Position numbers and translations under genes: made by a program
Notes under the pieces: model-generated
The model's input: the letters and a program-made list of their open reading frames with translations, nothing else
Database searches by the model: none
Told to the model about the DNA's origin: nothing
Shown: piece by piece, positions 60,901 to 64,000 of the stretch
Layout: every line of letters begins with the position of its first letter
Numbering within the stretch: the first letter of the stretch is position 1
Virus record (IMG/VR): IMGVR_UViG_3300042934_001067
Span: 92,277 to 156,276 of that record
Direction: 5' to 3' (one strand)
Length of the DNA stretch: 64,000 bases
Origin: a virus

Positions 60901-62121
60901 GTCCTTGACCCCCAGCGAGTAGGGCACGCCCTGCCCGTCCAGCGCGCGCGGCGCCGACGACGACGGCAGCCGGGTCATGACGATCCGGAACCGGCTCGCC
61001 GTCACCGGCTCCACGTCGACCAGCTGCGGCATCCAGTGCCCGGCCCCGTAGTGCTGGGGGTGCAGCTTCACATCACCGGGTACACCGGTCGGGATGACCG
61101 CCGGAATGGAGTCCATGATGCTGATCTGGACCGGCCCGCCCCGCGCCTGGAGCAGCGGATGCCACACACCGTCCCGGTCCCGGTACTGCACCCACGCCCG
61201 CTGGGGGAAGCGCGCCAGAGAGAACGACAGCCGGTTGACCGGCCGGTCGGAGGCCAGAGCGAACTCGAAGACCTCCCGCACCGGGTCTCCGTTCGGGCGC
61301 GGCTCACTGGACCAGAACCGCTCGGTGCCCTCGCTGACCTGCCGCTGGCTGGCCAGCCTGACCGCGTCCTTGAGCGAGTCAAGGGGCATGCCGTCCACGG
61401 TCAAGGGCGCCAGAGCGGGAATCCCGTAGTCACCTGATACGGACCCGGTCGCACTGACCGGCCGCGCCGACCGCCTGCCGGACGACATCCCGACCGCCCG
61501 GCCCGGAACGTCCAGCCCGTTGAGCGCCGTCTGGACCGCCGTGATGTAGGAGTAGAACAGCGGGGTCCGCGCCCCCCGGTCCCTGCCGTCCCGGCTGAAG
61601 TCGTCGAAGAACGCCTCCCGCAGCGCGCTCGTCAGCTCGATCTGCACGCCCATCGCGCGCGCGCCCTTGTTGACGATGTTCGCCGCGTCCGAGCTGTTCA
61701 GCTCAGTGTCGCCTGCCAAGACCGTGAACCCGGCCTGCTCCAGCTCCTCCATGACCCGGGCCACGATGTCCGCGTCCAGGCCACCGACGTAGGTCACCTG
61801 CTCGTCCCCGGCGGTCCCGTGCCAGGAGACGACATAGTCGCTGGCCGCGACGAGGTCCAGGGCCTGCGGCTCGTCGTAGTTCGTCGAGGTCAGGTACAGG
61901 TCGGAGTTCCCCGGCGGCAGCATGCTGTCGAACGCGTAGAAGCGGCTGGCCGACCCGGCCAGGTAGTCCGCGATCTCCACCGTGCCCGGCTCGATGTCGC
62001 CGCCGTGGACGGCGATGTGAGCCAGCCGGGAGCCTGGAGGGACACGCACCAGCAGCCGGTAGTCCACGCCGATCTGGCGCGCGGCGGCCAGCGCGGCGTA
62101 GTTCGGGTACAGGTCGGCCAT
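57940..62121 (-). CDS. Large baseplate/tail protein with N-terminal poly-gamma-glutamate hydrolase domain
   Basis: DLYPNYAAL, AVHGGDIEPGT, STNYDEP, SWHG, NIVN, GVQIEL in the first ~200 aa (PghP-type zinc peptidase motifs). Confidence 0.8.
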   Translation of the reverse strand: MADLYPNYAALAAARQIGVDYRLLVRVPPGSRLAHIAVHGGDIEPGTVEIADYLAGSASRFYAFDSMLPPGNSDLYLTSTNYDEPQALDLVAASDYVVSWHGTAGDEQVTYVGGLDADIVARVMEELEQAGFTVLAGDTELNSSDAANIVNKGARAMGVQIELTSALREAFFDDFSRDGRDRGARTPLFYSYITAVQTALNGLDVPGRAVGMSSGRRSARPVSATGSVSGDYGIPALAPLTVDGMPLDSLKDAVRLASQRQVSEGTERFWSSEPRPNGDPVREVFEFALASDRPVNRLSFSLARFPQRAWVQYRDRDGVWHPLLQARGGPVQISIMDSIPAVIPTGVPGDVKLHPQHYGAGHWMPQLVDVEPVTASRFRIVMTRLPSSSAPRALDGQGVPYSLGVKDALVSYRAASLTDLPWLPQVDAEHTTPIAGSTDMLGSQVDYVLRRNRADNLVPPANGIWRCAPQPVPNAVVSLHLDLRTAEGKGQVVDRLYLDPVTSGPSVNLYYTDETVVPDRFVPSDTPLTLPLVRAASEVPTVDSEGLLFATARSYLDIDNRACQWDPGEPFLLAMTVQPQFTSEDTGQWTVLDTPALTIAIVDGALVVRLAERSVELDAAAFGFNSRIPLAVAYDGSTLTVRTPWDTRIQEHTHVQDMAPPNVIRLGGPLQGEGGSLRLAHLFLARGRAADIATIEDYWQDPAAYALPPGYGVDQAAHTSGSALLRMDPSLVTPGADSVCPWGLIGGPPVAIDDLVWTPVPGDFTLRKGLLKFRPVKARHLKLEFTNLQPMVLTPSQAAPLVDTRLFPPDSGQPSGVMATGTSASGAAPAGARVATEQGTVYQYIDANRIIGSTASDVPYKATEALYAPDPLAAQQLRRSGQRFPYMPLPGTRAPRFTSTGRHRYQTMQLAMDTKVGYTVAISQVLAYLADPVAQRDTEQYVELFHDTAYLTGYTDDEQGGWKHTGAAMVTVGQPPWTGTRMTSKAFISKRRVLGVQFAAQTSEAKQLVADPDFDDPSLRFWRPVGDSTITSSDRYASTIGRMAEVARGHSVSSWGALESRFPTWGDFEDSNPLPNRPLWWEVENSTSEADFGGIESLRPVQPAPGGRLYAAARVYTTGPLQRPLVLQLVNGDGRILAEASQTVNAAQIAEWYVGTTVRTSAPAGAATWDMVSAGDTRSWGDVEALGMWGDVTQDWDVDNVHDVRVRIIQQGEAGTDAWHTDSLSVFNDPIIWEISRDGGITWHEMLNIRNNPRGVFQFPDLPAVDRSGGTQLRWRATGYAPDLSVSSVVLRPWYATLSGAVPYLDTLQAAGSPSSLADYYPPVEADPLFQGWQHPIPQDWWLASRQWLRQNAPKTDPLPAITLPEAVAEGTDEGNPPSPARHSLTDAFVLNR

Positions 62122-62136
62122 GAGATCCCCTACGGC

Positions 62137-63477
62137 TTACTCGGTGGGCAGGACGGTGCGGCGGTCACCGCTGTAGGCGTTGGCGACGAGCACGCCGTCG
62201 GCAGCCGCCCGCGCGGCCTGGCTCAGGAGCGGGTCAAGGGCGCCCAGAGACGCCCGGTAGACGGTCGAGGTCCCGTCACGCCAGACCACTGTCTGGTCAA
62301 GCGAGTCAAGGTCCAGGTCCGGGACCGCTCCAGGCTGGGTGAAGTCGGCCGGGTCCTCCGGGTTGACCGCGTAGGACCGGCAGGTCGGCATCTGCGAGCC
62401 GTAGGACCATTCGTCGCCCAGGCGCGTCGTCAGCGGCGGACGCGGCAGCACTCGCGCCGAGGACGGGTCAACCCCCTCCTGCTCCTGCACGGCCGACAAC
62501 GGGTACGGAGCGATGCCGGTCGGGATCTGCCCTGGAGTGACCTGAGTGACGATCTCCCAGTTCTCACTGTCGGCCCGCACCCCCGAGATCCCCCGCGCCG
62601 ACAGCGCAGAGGTGCCCTCCGTGTCGACCGTGAGCAGGACGTGAGCGGGCTTGATCCGCTCAAGGACCCGCACCAGGGCCGACTCGTCGCTGGCCCGCTG
62701 GGCACGCCCGGCCGGGGTCGCCGGGTAGTCACGGTTGACCCGGACCAGGACCTCGGACCGGGTCAGGACACCGGAGCGGCCGTAGAACGGAGTGCCCTCC
62801 AGCGCCCCCCAGATCTGCCCCTCGTACTCGCCCCACGTACCGCCCTCCATCCACTCCCAGGTGTGCCCGGCCTCCTCCGGGTCCCCGGCCGCGTCGAGCA
62901 GCGCCCAGGACTCGTAGACGTCCGCCTCGACACCGGTGATGGCCTCGGCCGCCGCCTGCAGGCCCGGCACCGTGCCGCCCATGGCGATCGAGTGCGCGAG
63001 CGCCGTCATCCGGTCCCGGAACGAGGCGTCGGCGGCCTCGATCGAGTCCCACTCCGACGCCGTGGCGGTCGCCGTCTCCATCGGGTTGATGGCCAGCAGC
63101 TCGCCCTCGGCCCGGGTAGCTCCGAACAGGGCGCCGTAGAACCTGTCGAGATCGAAGAATCTGGCCCCGGACGACGACAGGCTCTGCAACTGCGCGATCA
63201 GCAGCCGCTTGCGGAGCTGACCCACGCCCGAGTCGCCGAGCAGGGCCTGCATCAGCCGGACCAGGTGCGAGGTGGGCCGGAGGTCGTAGACCTCCTCCGG
63301 GAAGTGCCGCAGCTGCTCGGACACGGCCAGGTCCGCAACCAGCATGCCCGTTCCGCTGGCCAGCGCCGTGGACTGGGGCACGGTGATGTCCGCCTGCAGC
63401 GGGATCAGACCGCCCGGGATGACGGCCGTGCCGTAGTTGCCCTGCCCCTGGTGCAGCTGGTCGTCGCTCGCCATCAC
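62137..63477 (-). CDS. Baseplate wedge-like protein
   Basis: DLDRFYG, DASFRDR, GGTVPGL, LERIKPAHV; directly follows the baseplate J-like gene. Confidence 0.65.
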   Translation of the reverse strand: MMASDDQLHQGQGNYGTAVIPGGLIPLQADITVPQSTALASGTGMLVADLAVSEQLRHFPEEVYDLRPTSHLVRLMQALLGDSGVGQLRKRLLIAQLQSLSSSGARFFDLDRFYGALFGATRAEGELLAINPMETATATASEWDSIEAADASFRDRMTALAHSIAMGGTVPGLQAAAEAITGVEADVYESWALLDAAGDPEEAGHTWEWMEGGTWGEYEGQIWGALEGTPFYGRSGVLTRSEVLVRVNRDYPATPAGRAQRASDESALVRVLERIKPAHVLLTVDTEGTSALSARGISGVRADSENWEIVTQVTPGQIPTGIAPYPLSAVQEQEGVDPSSARVLPRPPLTTRLGDEWSYGSQMPTCRSYAVNPEDPADFTQPGAVPDLDLDSLDQTVVWRDGTSTVYRASLGALDPLLSQAARAAADGVLVANAYSGDRRTVLPTE

Positions 63478-63998
63478 AGCACCCCGAAGCTGTTGCGGGC
63501 GAGGGTCTTGAAGACGACCCCGCCCAGGACGGGCAGCTCGTCGTCACGGAAGTAGATGTCCGTCGCCCGGCCGGTGGCCGCCTCGACGTGCGACCTGAGC
63601 GCGGCCGACGCCGGGGAGGAGTTCGGCACGATCTCCTGGACCCCCACCACCGAGGCGTTCGGGTTGGCCGGGTTGTACCCGGTCACGTCGGCGCCGTGGA
63701 GCAGCCGGACGTTGTCCACCCCGGGCACCTGGTGGATGACCGCGAGCACGTCGGAGATCTGGATGCTGGAGTTGAAGTCCATCCGGTTCAGGAAGTCACT
63801 CAGGGCGGTCCGGATCGAGTCCTGGACCGAGTCAACCGCCCCGGTCGAGGACGCCGCGTACATCACCCCGAGCGAGAACCGGAGCCAGCGCTGCTTCGCC
63901 TGGTGGACCTTCGCATCGATCCCGACCAGCCGCCACCGGTTGACCGCGTCCTGGACCGAGGCAGGGACCTCGTTGTACGTGTAGTCGCCCGCGTTGCC
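63474..63998 (-). CDS. Baseplate J-like protein (C-terminal part; 5' end outside the window)
   Basis: Frame open to the window end; IRTALSDFL...IQISDVLAVIHQVPGVDNV...DELPVLG. Confidence 0.7.
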   Translation of the reverse strand, partial: GNAGDYTYNEVPASVQDAVNRWRLVGIDAKVHQAKQRWLRFSLGVMYAASSTGAVDSVQDSIRTALSDFLNRMDFNSSIQISDVLAVIHQVPGVDNVRLLHGADVTGYNPANPNASVVGVQEIVPNSSPASAALRSHVEAATGRATDIYFRDDELPVLGGVVFKTLARNSFGVL

Positions 63999-64000
63999 CA

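Overview
High-GC (about 70% by eye) actinobacterial DNA, most likely from a Streptomyces host. The window reads as a 64-kb slice of a large myovirus-type phage genome that probably persists as a plasmid or prophage. 1-12 kb is an accessory region: RNase H, an intact tyrosine recombinase, a DUF397/JmjC pair, a catalytically dead recombinase behind a 23-bp inverted repeat, a cas-less array of seven different type I-E-like CRISPR repeats, an XRE regulator with a palindromic operator, and a DUF2637 protein. 12-22 kb holds two multi-domain 'polyvalent' proteins and the terminase. 22-47 kb is a minus-strand replication/recombination module (RuvC- and Hjc-like nucleases, PD-(D/E)XK exonuclease, RecA, DnaE, SSB, primase, WhiB, DnaB, DnaC-like loader, 5'-3' exonuclease, DinG). 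47-50 kb has a 1-kb non-coding stretch and a plasmid-type Rep-like gene. 50-64 kb has an SNF2 helicase and tail fibre/baseplate genes, one with a poly-gamma-glutamate hydrolase domain. The best candidate for an undescribed system is the small transcription unit at 6704-7051: a panel of heterogeneous I-E repeat mimics with mostly short spacers, which could act as a multiplexed RNA anti-CRISPR or a Cascade-hijacking guide cassette. Two recurrent cis-motifs were also found by eye: a putative late promoter CTGT-N21-23-YAAG and a start-associated CCGCC[AG][AG]G motif. All protein family calls come from motif recognition, not database searches.
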